Source of the DNA: a bacterium
GTDB taxonomy: Bacteria > SM23-31
DNA length: 64,000 nucleotides
Reading direction: 5' to 3'
Assembly (NCBI GenBank): GCA_965249485.1
Contig: CBDFMG010000005.1
Coordinates: forward strand, 64,001-128,000
The notes under the pieces are model-generated. The model was not told the DNA's origin. It did not search any database and worked only from the letters and a program-made list of their open reading frames with translations. The position numbers were made by a program, and so were the translations under genes. Position 1 is the first letter of the stretch. Every line of letters begins with the position of its first letter. Positions 28,524-38,501 of the stretch are shown piece after piece.

Positions 28524-30827
28524 TCACTTTGGTTCTGCAGATTCCGCATCATTTAGCGACCGAATCACCCTGCTTACTGCCTTGTATACGACAAATGCCA
28601 ACAATGCCATTGAAAATATGAAGATCAGGTATTCTGTGGCATTTTCAAACACCTGTTCAGAGTCCCTTACACGCTCTGCTGGTGACGCGGCATTAACAGT
28701 GTGTGATGCCTTTCCACCCCACCCATTTTCAACCTCAATTAACACCTGCTCATGGTCTGTAACACTGCACATCTCATCGCATACCGTGCCGTACTCATGT
28801 ATCTTGTCGCCTGCCTTTACAGTTACGACATCTCCGAAATGTTTCTGCATTGCAAACTCTATGAGGCTTGTGGTGGCGTTTCCATATACTACCCTGTGTG
28901 CATCAATTGTATTCTGATCATTGATGTTGACGATCTCATTGTGCGGATTTTCAAAATCCGGTATGAAATTGAATGCCTTGTTTGCACCTCCAGCCGTCAT
29001 ATCAAACTGCATTTTGGCGTCCATGTCAAGTGCGTCATACATTGGGATTTCCAGAATCTTCAGGTCTCCTAGCGTGACAAATCCCTTTGAGAACTCGAGT
29101 CCTGTCTTGTTCTGCCACATCTCAAGCGTTCCGGTACCGGAGCCTTCCAGGCTCATCTGGTATGTGTCATCTACCACTGCTGTTGCAAAATGCTCATCAC
29201 CTGTATCATGGACTGTCTTGTCATGCAGGTAATCATCAAGCCAGACAGTTATTCTGTCCCTGTCTCCAAACTCATAATTGCTGTTGTCTGTTGAATTTAT
29301 CGGCACTGCTGATACTGTCATTGGTATCTGGTCAATCTTACCATCTGCTGTATACGCTACCATGTTGTACCATTCTGCAAATGGTGTGTGGGGATACTGG
29401 TAGGTGTACTCGAAATTCTCATAGTTTTCATGTCCTGCCCATTCATCGGAGTTGATGGTGTTGTATGTTGTTGTGTTTTCATACCATCTTCTCTCGTTTT
29501 CACCTGTAAGTATTGCATCTGCAATTTCTTGGTTTAGTCGCAGTACGCCATATCCTGCAACCTCAAACATTGCGTGATCCCCGCTTGATACCCACGGCGC
29601 ATGGTCTGTCCCGTTGATATGATCAATTGAATCCCATTTGAGCAGTCCTGGATCATGGTGTATTGGATCAATGTTGTACCCTCTGGATATTGACGTGGTG
29701 ACAGGGTGAAATGCGTTTATCTTACTGCGTCTTGTCTCGTGCAGTTTGTTCTCATCTCCTTGCCCTATTCCATTTGATCCGAAATAATGCATGACGATTC
29801 CCTGTCTGTCGTCATAGGAGTATTTTGCAGCGTCCTCCAGAACTGGATACTCGTAGTGCTCAAACTTTGGATCATAAAGCACTACAAGCTGTTTGGTGCT
29901 GTTTGTGTGTCTGTTTATTGCCTTTCCCTCGTTTAGCACCGTCACGTCATATATGATGTCATGAAATCCCGCATCACTTGTCTTGACTGCAGTATATGCG
30001 TACATTCCTCCACCGTTAGGCGAACTGTTTGGATATGGCAGATATCCTGTTCCATGCGCATTAGGTATTCCGCCTTCTACGGTGAGGAACTGATCACACA
30101 ACCTGTCGCATTCATATCCTCCCTCTTCTGCCAGTGGGGCAAACATGCGGTCATACTCAAATGATATTGTTCCTGCCCTCTCATTTTTGTAGATGAATTC
30201 CGGATCATGCTCTATTGCGATTGGATCCCACGGGTAATTTGTATAGTCATCGTTTGCAGCAATGTATCCGTCAGGGTCGCGTATGATGTGCTCTTGCAGA
30301 CCTACCTCGACTATCGGTGCCATTATGTCTGGATGCACATATGCCGTACGTTTTTTCAGATGCGAAGAGCATCCGCCATCATTGCAGTGTCTCTCTATTG
30401 CACTGATTGTAAGTGAGACGTATCCACACCTTCTGGTCTCCTCCCAGTCCACATCCCATCCTGATTTTCCGCCTCCGCCTCCGCTTGGAGCTCCAAGACA
30501 CTGGGTTGCCTGCGGTATGAGAATCTCTGCAATTCCGCTTGACTTGCCTCCGCCTGCAACGTTTACTGCCCCGCTATCACTTGGATAGTCTACTTTTTGG
30601 CTATGGCAAAACCTGGAAAAACTCCATTGAAAATGATATGTAAAGGCATCGCCGGGGTACAGAGTGCCATCAGGATTGTTTCTCAGATTGTCATCATCAT
30701 CTTTGACGTTATACTCGTCCCAGCCCCTTACCCACAGATAGCACGGCCTGTCTGCTGCATCAGCTTCTGGCAGTTGCACAAGGATGACTGCCGCTAAAAA
30801 AAGCATGGTTGGAATTGCTAATCCCAA
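28524..30827 (-). CDS. Large secreted surface protein with C-terminal anchor
   Basis: Signal peptide and C-terminal TM helix; sits in the pilin operon. Confidence 0.8.
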   Translation of the reverse strand: MGLAIPTMLFLAAVILVQLPEADAADRPCYLWVRGWDEYNVKDDDDNLRNNPDGTLYPGDAFTYHFQWSFSRFCHSQKVDYPSDSGAVNVAGGGKSSGIAEILIPQATQCLGAPSGGGGGKSGWDVDWEETRRCGYVSLTISAIERHCNDGGCSSHLKKRTAYVHPDIMAPIVEVGLQEHIIRDPDGYIAANDDYTNYPWDPIAIEHDPEFIYKNERAGTISFEYDRMFAPLAEEGGYECDRLCDQFLTVEGGIPNAHGTGYLPYPNSSPNGGGMYAYTAVKTSDAGFHDIIYDVTVLNEGKAINRHTNSTKQLVVLYDPKFEHYEYPVLEDAAKYSYDDRQGIVMHYFGSNGIGQGDENKLHETRRSKINAFHPVTTSISRGYNIDPIHHDPGLLKWDSIDHINGTDHAPWVSSGDHAMFEVAGYGVLRLNQEIADAILTGENERRWYENTTTYNTINSDEWAGHENYENFEYTYQYPHTPFAEWYNMVAYTADGKIDQIPMTVSAVPINSTDNSNYEFGDRDRITVWLDDYLHDKTVHDTGDEHFATAVVDDTYQMSLEGSGTGTLEMWQNKTGLEFSKGFVTLGDLKILEIPMYDALDMDAKMQFDMTAGGANKAFNFIPDFENPHNEIVNINDQNTIDAHRVVYGNATTSLIEFAMQKHFGDVVTVKAGDKIHEYGTVCDEMCSVTDHEQVLIEVENGWGGKASHTVNAASPAERVRDSEQVFENATEYLIFIFSMALLAFVVYKAVSRVIRSLNDAESAEPK

Positions 30828-31315
30828 GACTTTACCACCAACAGTTCTTTTGCAGGCGTTATGATGGCAAACCCGCTGTCGTCTGCATCACAGGCAACAC
30901 CGGCTATTCCAATGACACTGGTCCTGTTCCAAATTATATCAGTTTGATCCTGTCCAAACCCAATGTAGCATACCTTGTTTGGCGGTGGGTTTTTGTTTAA
31001 ACACCATTCATAAGGTATGATATTAAGATTATTGCTATTGACAAAAACACTTTTGGTCTTGTTGATAGAAATATTGACGTCATCTGAATAGTTATGCAAG
31101 ATGAATTGCAGGTCGTCTTGAATGTTGCATGCAACATTGCTGACTGCAAGCAGTTCGCTTGCCTTTAGCATTCCAAGATCAAACCTGTCCTCTATGGTGT
31201 ACTGTGCATCCTGCGCCTGCTCGTTAAAGGTATAGAGCAGTAGAGCTGTCGCGATTGAGAACACGCCTATAATTCCTATTGCAGACACTATCTCTGACAC
31301 TGCTGCATGTTTCAT
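30818..31315 (-). CDS. Archaeal type IV pilin-like protein
   Basis: Class III signal peptide MKHA|AVSEIVSAIGIIGVF. Confidence 0.8.
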   Translation of the reverse strand: MKHAAVSEIVSAIGIIGVFSIATALLLYTFNEQAQDAQYTIEDRFDLGMLKASELLAVSNVACNIQDDLQFILHNYSDDVNISINKTKSVFVNSNNLNIIPYEWCLNKNPPPNKVCYIGFGQDQTDIIWNRTSVIGIAGVACDADDSGFAIITPAKELLVVKSWD

Positions 31316-31896
31316 GGATATGTCACCTGTACTGATTCATATGCTGTGATTTCATTCTGTTCTCCATTGTTTGCAGTGACTTCGATTGTAATGTAATTTC
31401 CAATGTTGGCCGGAGCTGTGAAACTTCCAGTGTACTTCATCTCGATTCCCCTGATGGTGTCTTTTACATTTACATCATGATCAGGGGCGGTGTTATTGCA
31501 TGTGTACTTCTCATGGTCATTGCTTGGCGTGCATGTGACGTCTGGACTCAAATCCCCGCCAATCAGTATCTCACCTGTCCCTGATGTCTGGATTGTAAGA
31601 TCTAGATATATTCCATTTCCAAGCAGCCAGACATCAGCACCTATAAAATCAATGAAATCATCATCACGTGTATCAAACTGCTGCAACGTGGTACTGAATA
31701 CTGCAACTCCTGATGCTGCAATTGCAATCAGTATGATTACGCCAAATATTGCAGACAGTGCAGGCTTTTTTCTTGTTTTCTCCGGTGGCGATGTCTTGAT
31801 GTATCCGCGGAGCATGAGCTTGCCATTGTATATGTCCTTGTCATCATTCTCCCCATAATGCTCATAAAATTCCACCAAATGCTTATCATTTGGCAT
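31312..31896 (-). CDS. Pilin-like protein (start uncertain)
   Basis: RKKP|ALSAIFGVIILIAIAAS resembles a class III motif. Confidence 0.65.
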   Translation of the reverse strand: MPNDKHLVEFYEHYGENDDKDIYNGKLMLRGYIKTSPPEKTRKKPALSAIFGVIILIAIAASGVAVFSTTLQQFDTRDDDFIDFIGADVWLLGNGIYLDLTIQTSGTGEILIGGDLSPDVTCTPSNDHEKYTCNNTAPDHDVNVKDTIRGIEMKYTGSFTAPANIGNYITIEVTANNGEQNEITAYESVQVTYP

Positions 31897-32120
31897 GCTG
31901 GACCGTATGCATAGTACGTAGGAGATGCATGTCTTTTTGTTGTGTGTTATGATGTTGTTTTCCTTTTTTCCAGTCTTTTTGATCTTCTCGGCTAACTTGA
32001 TTGGGTGCAGCCCTACCATTACGCATATTTTGAGAAAGGTCTGGTACTCTTTGTTCTTATGACTCACAAAAATTAAATGCTGTATAACTAATAAGGCGGG
32101 TAGAGGGTGTGGATTTTGCT

Positions 32121-32150
32121 GTGAACTACCACCGTACAAGTACGGTGGTC
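32121..32150. repeat. IS200/IS605-type terminal hairpin
   Basis: GTGAACT-ACCACCGTAC-AA-GTACGGTGGT; a second copy lies at 34254-34283. Confidence 0.7.
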
Positions 32151-32182
32151 TTTTCTTGTTTCATTGAATGCATTGCACTGTC

Positions 32183-32332
32183 CTATGGAGATACACTATC
32201 TAATACTGTTGACACCACATGTTGTGCAAAACCCAGCAAACTTTGGGGATTCTCGAATATGCTGTAGAGTATTTCATACACAGCACTGCTCAGAATCACT
32301 CCTGCTCCAAAATAGACTATGAATTTTAACAT
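32183..32332 (-). CDS. 49-aa membrane peptide, below the size shown in the ORF track; duplicated at 36597-36746
   Basis: MLKFIVYFGAGVILSSAVYEILYSIFENPQSLLGFAQHVVSTVLDSVSP; the frame is intact in both ~240-bp copies. Confidence 0.6.
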   Translation of the reverse strand: MLKFIVYFGAGVILSSAVYEILYSIFENPQSLLGFAQHVVSTVLDSVSP

Positions 32333-32426
32333 CTAATATGATATAGGGGATCTGTATTTAAGACATAATTTTTCACGTTTGTTTGGAATTTTCTGTTTTT
32401 TCGTAAAATGTCTGTCACAGCTTCCG

Positions 32427-32735
32427 TCAACTGAACCCCTCTTGCATTGCACCTCCAATGTTCTTGTTCTTAAACGACCATCCTGGATCTTCCACTATCT
32501 GGTTGAATTTCCCTGCAGGCAGTGGAGGAATCGGCTTTGATTCTATCTCTTTTTGACGGATTGCTTTTTCAGCCTTATGGGGTGTGATTACCCCTCTGTC
32601 TAATTGTGAGATTCGTTCTGGTGCTGATTCCAGTGCCTTTTGCTGCAATTCCTGTTGATCTTCCTCTGACCTTTGTGCAAATTTGCACAGAGGTATCCTG
32701 TCTTTCATCTGCACTGTCTTGCATTTTTCCTCCAA
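32427..32735 (-). pseudogene. Truncated MT-A70-like methyltransferase fragment
   Basis: PLPAGKFNQIVEDPGWSF resembles the DPPW motif; the ORF then runs into a copy of T4CP-gene sequence. Confidence 0.55.
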
Positions 32736-32805
32736 GCCTCTGTCTGCCCTTTGCGAGTTTTCTTTGATTCATATATTATATTATACGCCCGTTTAATTTT
32801 TATAG

Positions 32806-32994
32806 ATGATAATAAAATATGAAGTATTGACGAGGTGGAAAAAAGGCGAAACAGAGTTCCATGTTGCGTTATCTTTTGATGGAACAAGTAGCAAGAGATG
32901 TCGTATTCCAAAACCAATAATCGACATGCTAGGCGATCCAAATACCTTAAAGTTTGTTATTCATGGCAATACAATTACTGTAACCTCAGATTAA
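32806..32994 (+). CDS. Small AbrB-like protein
   Basis: CRIPKPIIDMLGDPNTLKFVI. Confidence 0.65.
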   Translation: MIIKYEVLTRWKKGETEFHVALSFDGTSSKRCRIPKPIIDMLGDPNTLKFVIHGNTITVTSD

Positions 32995-33011
32995 TTGTGA
33001 CTATGAATATC

Positions 33012-33098
33012 TGAAATTGTTGAAATTTGTGAAATTGTTGAAATTTGTGAAATTGTTGAAATTTGTGAAATTGTTGAAATTTGTGAAATTGTTGAAAT
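33012..33098. repeat. 18-bp tandem repeat, 4.8 copies
   Basis: TGAAATTGTTGAAATTTG. Confidence 0.95.
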
Positions 33099-33775
33099 CT
33101 ATGAAGGTTGATTTCGAGTATATCCTAGTGGTATTTTTAAACCCTCTAAAAATTCATAATGATTATAATGTTTAACGAAAAAGAAGAAATTGGGATCTAC
33201 TATACTCAATTGTCTCAAATTACTGTCATAATCAAAAATTGATGGGGTAATGCCATGATTTTTTTGATATGTGCTTATTCTATTGAGAAAAATAGTTAGA
33301 GCTCTATCAAATCGTTTATTATCACGATTTGGATGGATTGTTTTTATTGCCGTTCTCAAATCATATATTGATAATCCATTTTTAATTCAGAATTTGTTTC
33401 TCGCTCACCTGTGGATTTTTCAACTTCCATTCCTGCTTCAGCTAACATTGGAATTTTTACTTTAAAATTAAATTTGGTTTTGGTACTGTCTTCATTTTCA
33501 ATTGAACTACTAGATTGAATTGTAATCTCTAATTTTTTAAGAATGGTTTTGTAAATGTCATGTAAAGTTATTGTTGGAGAACATTGAACAATAATTTTAT
33601 TCTCCTGTTTTATGTGAGCATTTAGAAGGGTAGTTTTTCCTTGTTTAGATGAACCATAGACTACAAGTTCCCTTTTTTGGTCAAATGCTTTCTTAAAACA
33701 ATCATCTATTTCTTGCCTTGATACATACGTTGACAAATTATCATTAATTACCCCAAAAACTTTTTCTAATCTCAC
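33099..33775 (-). pseudogene. Fragmented P-loop ATPase gene
   Basis: Walker A LVVYGSSKQGKTT in a 139-aa ORF, followed by an 86-aa ORF that may be a C-terminal fragment. Confidence 0.55.
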
Positions 33776-33978
33776 ATGGGCTGTTCATAAAAATTGTATT
33801 TAAATTAATCATTACTAGTATTCGTAACTTTGAAGAATTCGATCTAATTTTCAGGTCTCGATAACCCGACAGAACCAATAATAGCAAGTTTTATTTATGA
33901 AATAACACAACCAGAACCATCTTTCAAAGAGAGTGGCTTAACCTATAGTAACAGCTACCTCTTCTGAGAGGAAGAAAA

Positions 33979-34257
33979 ATGACAGATTTTAATCCTGAAA
34001 ATTACAAAAGAATTACCACGATAGGTCAGATAAGAGAACTTTCCGAAGATGATTTTGTATACCGTACAAGGGGGGGAAAAGAACCAATACTTCACTCTAC
34101 AAGGTGCGCTTCTGTACTGTATCATGCAAAAAAATCAGACGAGAAAAACCATTCCGCAGAGGAATCTAATGGAATGCCACTGGACCACTATTACCACATA
34201 CCAAAAGATAGGCTGTCTGAATTTGCGATTCACAAAAAATGTTATTGCATCTCGTGA
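33979..34257 (+). CDS. Small hypothetical protein; 3' end duplicated near 3602-3670
   Basis: LHSTRC ... HYYH ... CYC. Confidence 0.55.
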   Translation: MTDFNPENYKRITTIGQIRELSEDDFVYRTRGGKEPILHSTRCASVLYHAKKSDEKNHSAEESNGMPLDHYYHIPKDRLSEFAIHKKCYCIS

Positions 34258-34360
34258 ACTGCCACCGTACAAGTACGGTGGCCTTCTCGCCGTGTGATGA
34301 TAAGCGTCACAAAATTTAATGGCAAAACGGCATACAGGATCAATAAGCATGCAGCAGAGG

Positions 34361-34520
34361 GGTTCTGCTAAATTCTGGTGATCAGATCATCAGAATTTAA
34401 CAGTAGGGTTTGAAGAGTCATGTTTTTGACTTGGCAAATCCATACTGTTGCAAAATTTGATTTCAGAGAAGATCATAAATCTGTGTTGAAATGCGTTGAT
34501 CACCAAAATTTACCAGAACC
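34361..34520. mobile_element. IS6-like MITE: 47-bp palindrome, ~90-bp segment and a single TIR
   Basis: GGTTCTGCTAAATTCTGGTGATC ... GATCACCAAAATTTACCAGAACC; 34409-34520 recurs at 47040-47151. Confidence 0.75.
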
Positions 34521-34597
34521 CTCCAAAATAGCTTTCCACTATGAGATCAATGAATGGTGCATTTGGAATTATTGTTGCATTATACTTGAATTGCAAT

Positions 34598-35041
34598 TTA
34601 CACAAATTCAGGAGTATCTATAACAATCGTTGTTTTTGGGGATGATATTTTGGCGATATACATTTCGATATTCCCAAATTTATCATACATTTCTTTAACC
34701 AAAGCAATTTTATCAATACCATGTTTTTGAAAATGACCGTCCACAAATACCACGTATTTACCTACATATTCTGGATTTTGTAAATGGGTTTGTATAAAAT
34801 CTTCAAATGCCCTTTTGTTTTTTGAATTTTTATTGTTTGCGATATCTTTTAATGAATTACTTTTCAAGAAATTTACAAAATAGTCCGCATAAGTACAAAA
34901 AAAGTTATCTTTAATATCAAACCATGATTGTATACTCTGTGGATAAAGTTCTGTTTTATTCAGATTCCATTTTTTAATTTCTGGGTTTTTTTGTTTAAAC
35001 GAGCTTTCTTCTTTTAACTCATGCCAAATATTTTCACTCAA
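34598..35041 (-). CDS. Hypothetical protein (DUF5678-like C-terminus)
   Basis: EYVGKYVVFVDG motif. Confidence 0.5.
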   Translation of the reverse strand: MSENIWHELKEESSFKQKNPEIKKWNLNKTELYPQSIQSWFDIKDNFFCTYADYFVNFLKSNSLKDIANNKNSKNKRAFEDFIQTHLQNPEYVGKYVVFVDGHFQKHGIDKIALVKEMYDKFGNIEMYIAKISSPKTTIVIDTPEFV

Positions 35042-35249
35042 TTATATCATCACCAAATTTATTACGAAGATCTTGTATTTTAAATTTTAATGATTCTGTA
35101 CCACTATTTGATGTATTAACAAGTTCTTCGACACTCTTTAAATCTAATTGAAAATTAACTACACCATCATGATCACCATCTGAATCATGAGTTTTTAGGA
35201 ACTGGTAACTTTTAGTGATCGAGATCACCAAAATTTATCCATGTGAATC

Positions 35250-35439
35250 ATTTTTATACATTTCTTGCTTTTTCAAACATCAGGGCATTGCTCTCGCTAG
35301 AGAAGAATTCCAATCAAAAGATGTGCAGACATGTATCCATACGAGACTATTCTCTCAATGCTATCTTCATCCTAGTTAGGATTATTCGCAGTTAACAGGC
35401 GAGGCTTGTCCCTCATAAATTTTAACGCGACTTGTAGCC
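35250..35439 (-). ncRNA. Putative bridge/seek RNA of the IS110 element (identical copy at about 45716-45905)
   Basis: Two internal loops with inner hairpins. Segments AAAAUUUA, CCUGUU(A) and AUGGAUA match target and donor junction sequences. Confidence 0.7.
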
Positions 35440-36555
35440 CTAACTGTAATTTTGTACAAATTCCCTTCTCTCCTTTAGCATCCAATATATGACTCGCAGT
35501 ATCTTTGATGCAGCAGCCACTGCAGCTTTGGATGTTCCTCTCTTCTTTTTTATTCTATTGTAAAACTTTGTAATGTCACTGTTCTTGGCATGTATTGCAT
35601 GAGTGTGAATGCATTCTGTCAGAACCCATCTTAATGTCATGCTTCCTCTTTTTGTAATACTGCCATGATGTATGGTATCAGCTGAATTTCTGACTGATGG
35701 TACGACTCCTGCATATGCACACAGTTTGTGAGAGTCATTGAATCTTTCAATGTCCGCAATCTCGGATGCAATGACTAGTGCAGAATAATTGCCAATTCCG
35801 GGAATCGAGTTTATCAGAATTGCATCAGGATTGGTCTTTACGGCAGCGTACACTTTTGAATTAATCTCTGCAATCTGCAAATTTAGATGGTTTATCTGTC
35901 GTAGGAATCCGTCTACTCTATAATCTCCTAATGCCCTGAGTCTTCTACAGTATATTTCAGTAAATGTAACTCCAGGAATTTTGATTCCACCCTGTAACAA
36001 AATCCCATGAATGGAATTCTTGATAGCAGTTCTCCACTGGATGAGTTTCTTTCTGTATCTTACTAACTGGCGTTGTTGTACTATCTTTTTGTCTGGGACA
36101 TAGCATTTGGCAATGTATCCACCACGTAGGAGATCTGCCAATATCCTGGCATCAATCTTGTCTGTCTTTTTCTTAGATGATGCAATTGCTTTTGTCAGAT
36201 ATGGGTTTGACAGTGTTACGTTTTTGTATTTCAATTGGTCTGTCAAAAATCTATATGTGTCATACCAGATTGATGAGGACTCCATGACGATGTTGGCAGA
36301 AATTGGGATATCTACAAAATGTTTCTTGATTGATTGGTGATTGTTTTCAACTTTGTCATTTTGTAATATGTTTCCGTCATTATCCATTATTGCTACTTGA
36401 AGAAACTTCTTGTGCAGGTCAATGCCCACATACATGGTCTTATTTGATTTGGTCCTAATCTGTTTCTTTGGACTTTTCTTGGATGATGCACTATAAGTTT
36501 TGGAACTATTAGATTCATCTGTAACGCTGTCTGATTTCCTTGCCTTGGTATTCAC
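35440..36555 (-). CDS. IS110 DEDD transposase/recombinase
   Basis: YVGIDLHKK, IVMES, KTDKIDA, IPGIG and AYAGVVPSVRNSA motifs. Confidence 0.95.
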   Translation of the reverse strand: MNTKARKSDSVTDESNSSKTYSASSKKSPKKQIRTKSNKTMYVGIDLHKKFLQVAIMDNDGNILQNDKVENNHQSIKKHFVDIPISANIVMESSSIWYDTYRFLTDQLKYKNVTLSNPYLTKAIASSKKKTDKIDARILADLLRGGYIAKCYVPDKKIVQQRQLVRYRKKLIQWRTAIKNSIHGILLQGGIKIPGVTFTEIYCRRLRALGDYRVDGFLRQINHLNLQIAEINSKVYAAVKTNPDAILINSIPGIGNYSALVIASEIADIERFNDSHKLCAYAGVVPSVRNSADTIHHGSITKRGSMTLRWVLTECIHTHAIHAKNSDITKFYNRIKKKRGTSKAAVAAASKILRVIYWMLKERREFVQNYS

Positions 36556-36996
36556 ATATAGTTACCAGTGTACTTCATTGAATGCATTGCATTGTCCTAT
36601 GGAGATACACCATCTAATATTGTTGATACCCCATGTTGTGCAAAATCCAGCAAACTTTGGGGATTTCCGAATATGCTGTAGAGTATTTCATATACAGCAC
36701 TGCTCAGAATCACTCCTGCTCCGAAATAGACTATGAATCTTAACATCTAATATGATATAGGGGATCTGTATTTAAGACACAATTTTTCACGTTTGTTTGG
36801 AATTTTCTGTTTTTGCAATATCTTGAGAGAGAAAAGATCACAAGAATACCTAGGGTGGTAGATATGTTATCTAATTCATCTTCAGAGACTACTTTGAATT
36901 TTTCTTTGACATTATTTTAGATTTAGACAGTTTCGCACGTTTAAACATCTTCGTTGAAAGAAAACAATATTGTAGTATCTTGACTGATTGCTTGGA

Positions 36997-37713
36997 TCAC
37001 TTCGAGGCCCAACCACGCTCGATCAGTTTTATTTTGGTTTCGGGTTTTACGCATGCAGGAGAGCCATCCTGTCTTTGAATCAATTCAAGATGGTTCTTGC
37101 ATTTTATCTCATGTAATGATAATCCAGATTCAATTTGCTTTAGCGGAGCAGGATAAAATATGCTAAACCAATCTAACCCGTCTTTATTTTTGGCACTATA
37201 ATCAATCAGGCATGGATCATAGGTAATTTTCCACATATTACCATCTCCCCATCCTGACGCTGGCAGTTCCGACACGACATATATGTCAATCATATCAGAG
37301 TTGTCTGAATTTGGCAATGTGTGATCAACATATTTTGCATATGCCGTGCCATTTGGGAATGCAATCAATCTGCGACCCGGAGATTCCACATCATGTGTGA
37401 AAAATACGATTGTATCAAATATCCCGGTATTGTTTCCAGTTTCAGTTACGGGATAGTTTTTTAACCTGTCTTCATTGTCTGTCCAAACCACAATGTCAAA
37501 CCGTTCCACTTTTTCTGAATCTTGATTCATGTCATAATCAATCACTCTCACAGTAGAGGTGTGTATCCTGCCCATATTGCAATGAAGTATCCATTCTATG
37601 GAACCTTCATGAAAATCCTCTTTAGTTGTGCTTGGTTGTTCTGCAAATGATGTTGTTACTGGAATCATCATTGAGAATATAAATATGATTAAAATCAAAA
37701 TCCTGTTTTTCAT
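36997..37713 (-). CDS. Secreted protein with a thaumarchaeal PLKQ...ACVK C-terminal domain
   Basis: Signal peptide; PLKQIESG...CK..LELIQRQDGSPACVKPETKIKLIERGW. Confidence 0.75.
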   Translation of the reverse strand: MKNRILILIIFIFSMMIPVTTSFAEQPSTTKEDFHEGSIEWILHCNMGRIHTSTVRVIDYDMNQDSEKVERFDIVVWTDNEDRLKNYPVTETGNNTGIFDTIVFFTHDVESPGRRLIAFPNGTAYAKYVDHTLPNSDNSDMIDIYVVSELPASGWGDGNMWKITYDPCLIDYSAKNKDGLDWFSIFYPAPLKQIESGLSLHEIKCKNHLELIQRQDGSPACVKPETKIKLIERGWASK

Positions 37714-37826
37714 CTTCTAGTCACTCCAATCATTCTCCTCCTTGCTCTAGAGTGACATTATTTATATTTTCTACAGGATTCAAATCTAATTGATATCATT
37801 TAGTATTAATAAAAAAAGAAGTGAGG

Positions 37827-38272
37827 TTAAAGATTTAGTTTGTCTTCAATATTTTCCCAAGGGATGAATACTGAATTATCAGTGCTGGAATGAAATCCTG
37901 TATGGGTTCCAAAGAATGTGGTCTTTGCTAGATTGGTATATGGTCCACCACTATCACCGTCATCTGAGATATCAGTTGTCAACTCAACTACGTCAAACCC
38001 AATACCGCCCTCATAACTTGTTGCAGAATTATTATTTACAATTCCGGCTTTTGTACCGCTTGTAGATCCAGACATAAGAACTAGCGTGTTATCTGCAGCT
38101 CTATCTGTGAAAGTCGTTATGGTGGTATAGTAATTGGCTGAGTACCATACCTTTTTTTCCTGATAGGAGTCACCGCTGTTTTTATCTATAAACGCACAGT
38201 CACATCCTACTTCCCATACCAATTGTGTAGCTTTTCCTATTTCAGGATCAGATGGAGTTGGTTGATCAACAT
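37827..38272 (-). pseudogene. C-terminal fragment of an S1 (chymotrypsin-like) serine protease
   Basis: CDCAFI, SGSTSG and GDSGGP motifs; the 5' part is cut off by the 47-bp element. Confidence 0.75.
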
Positions 38273-38319
38273 GGTTCTGGTGCATTCTGGTGATCAGATC
38301 ATCATTTTGCACCATAACC
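38273..38319. mobile_element. 47-bp palindromic IS6-like mini-element
   Basis: GGTTCTGGTGCATTCTGGTGATC-A-GATCATCATTTTGCACCATAACC. Confidence 0.8.
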
Positions 38320-38501
38320 CAGGATCTTAGAAGGCTAAAGTCTTGGATGTACAAGAAGCAGACAGAGCATCTCAAGCCGCATCTGATGAACAGAAAGAGC
38401 ACCGACAGAAAGCGGCAGAACGAGAAGCTGTTTTAGATTTTAGAATCTAACCAGAAATGAGAGTTAGTTATGTCCATGTTTCAGTTACACACGAAGAAAC
38501 A

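Larger units (their letters stand above)
35236..36564 (-). mobile_element. IS110 family element, IS1111 type, copy 1
   Basis: TA at both junctions, sub-terminal IRs ATGTGAAT (35241) and ATTCACAT (36550), transposase gene and a ~200-bp 3' non-coding region. Confidence 0.9.
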
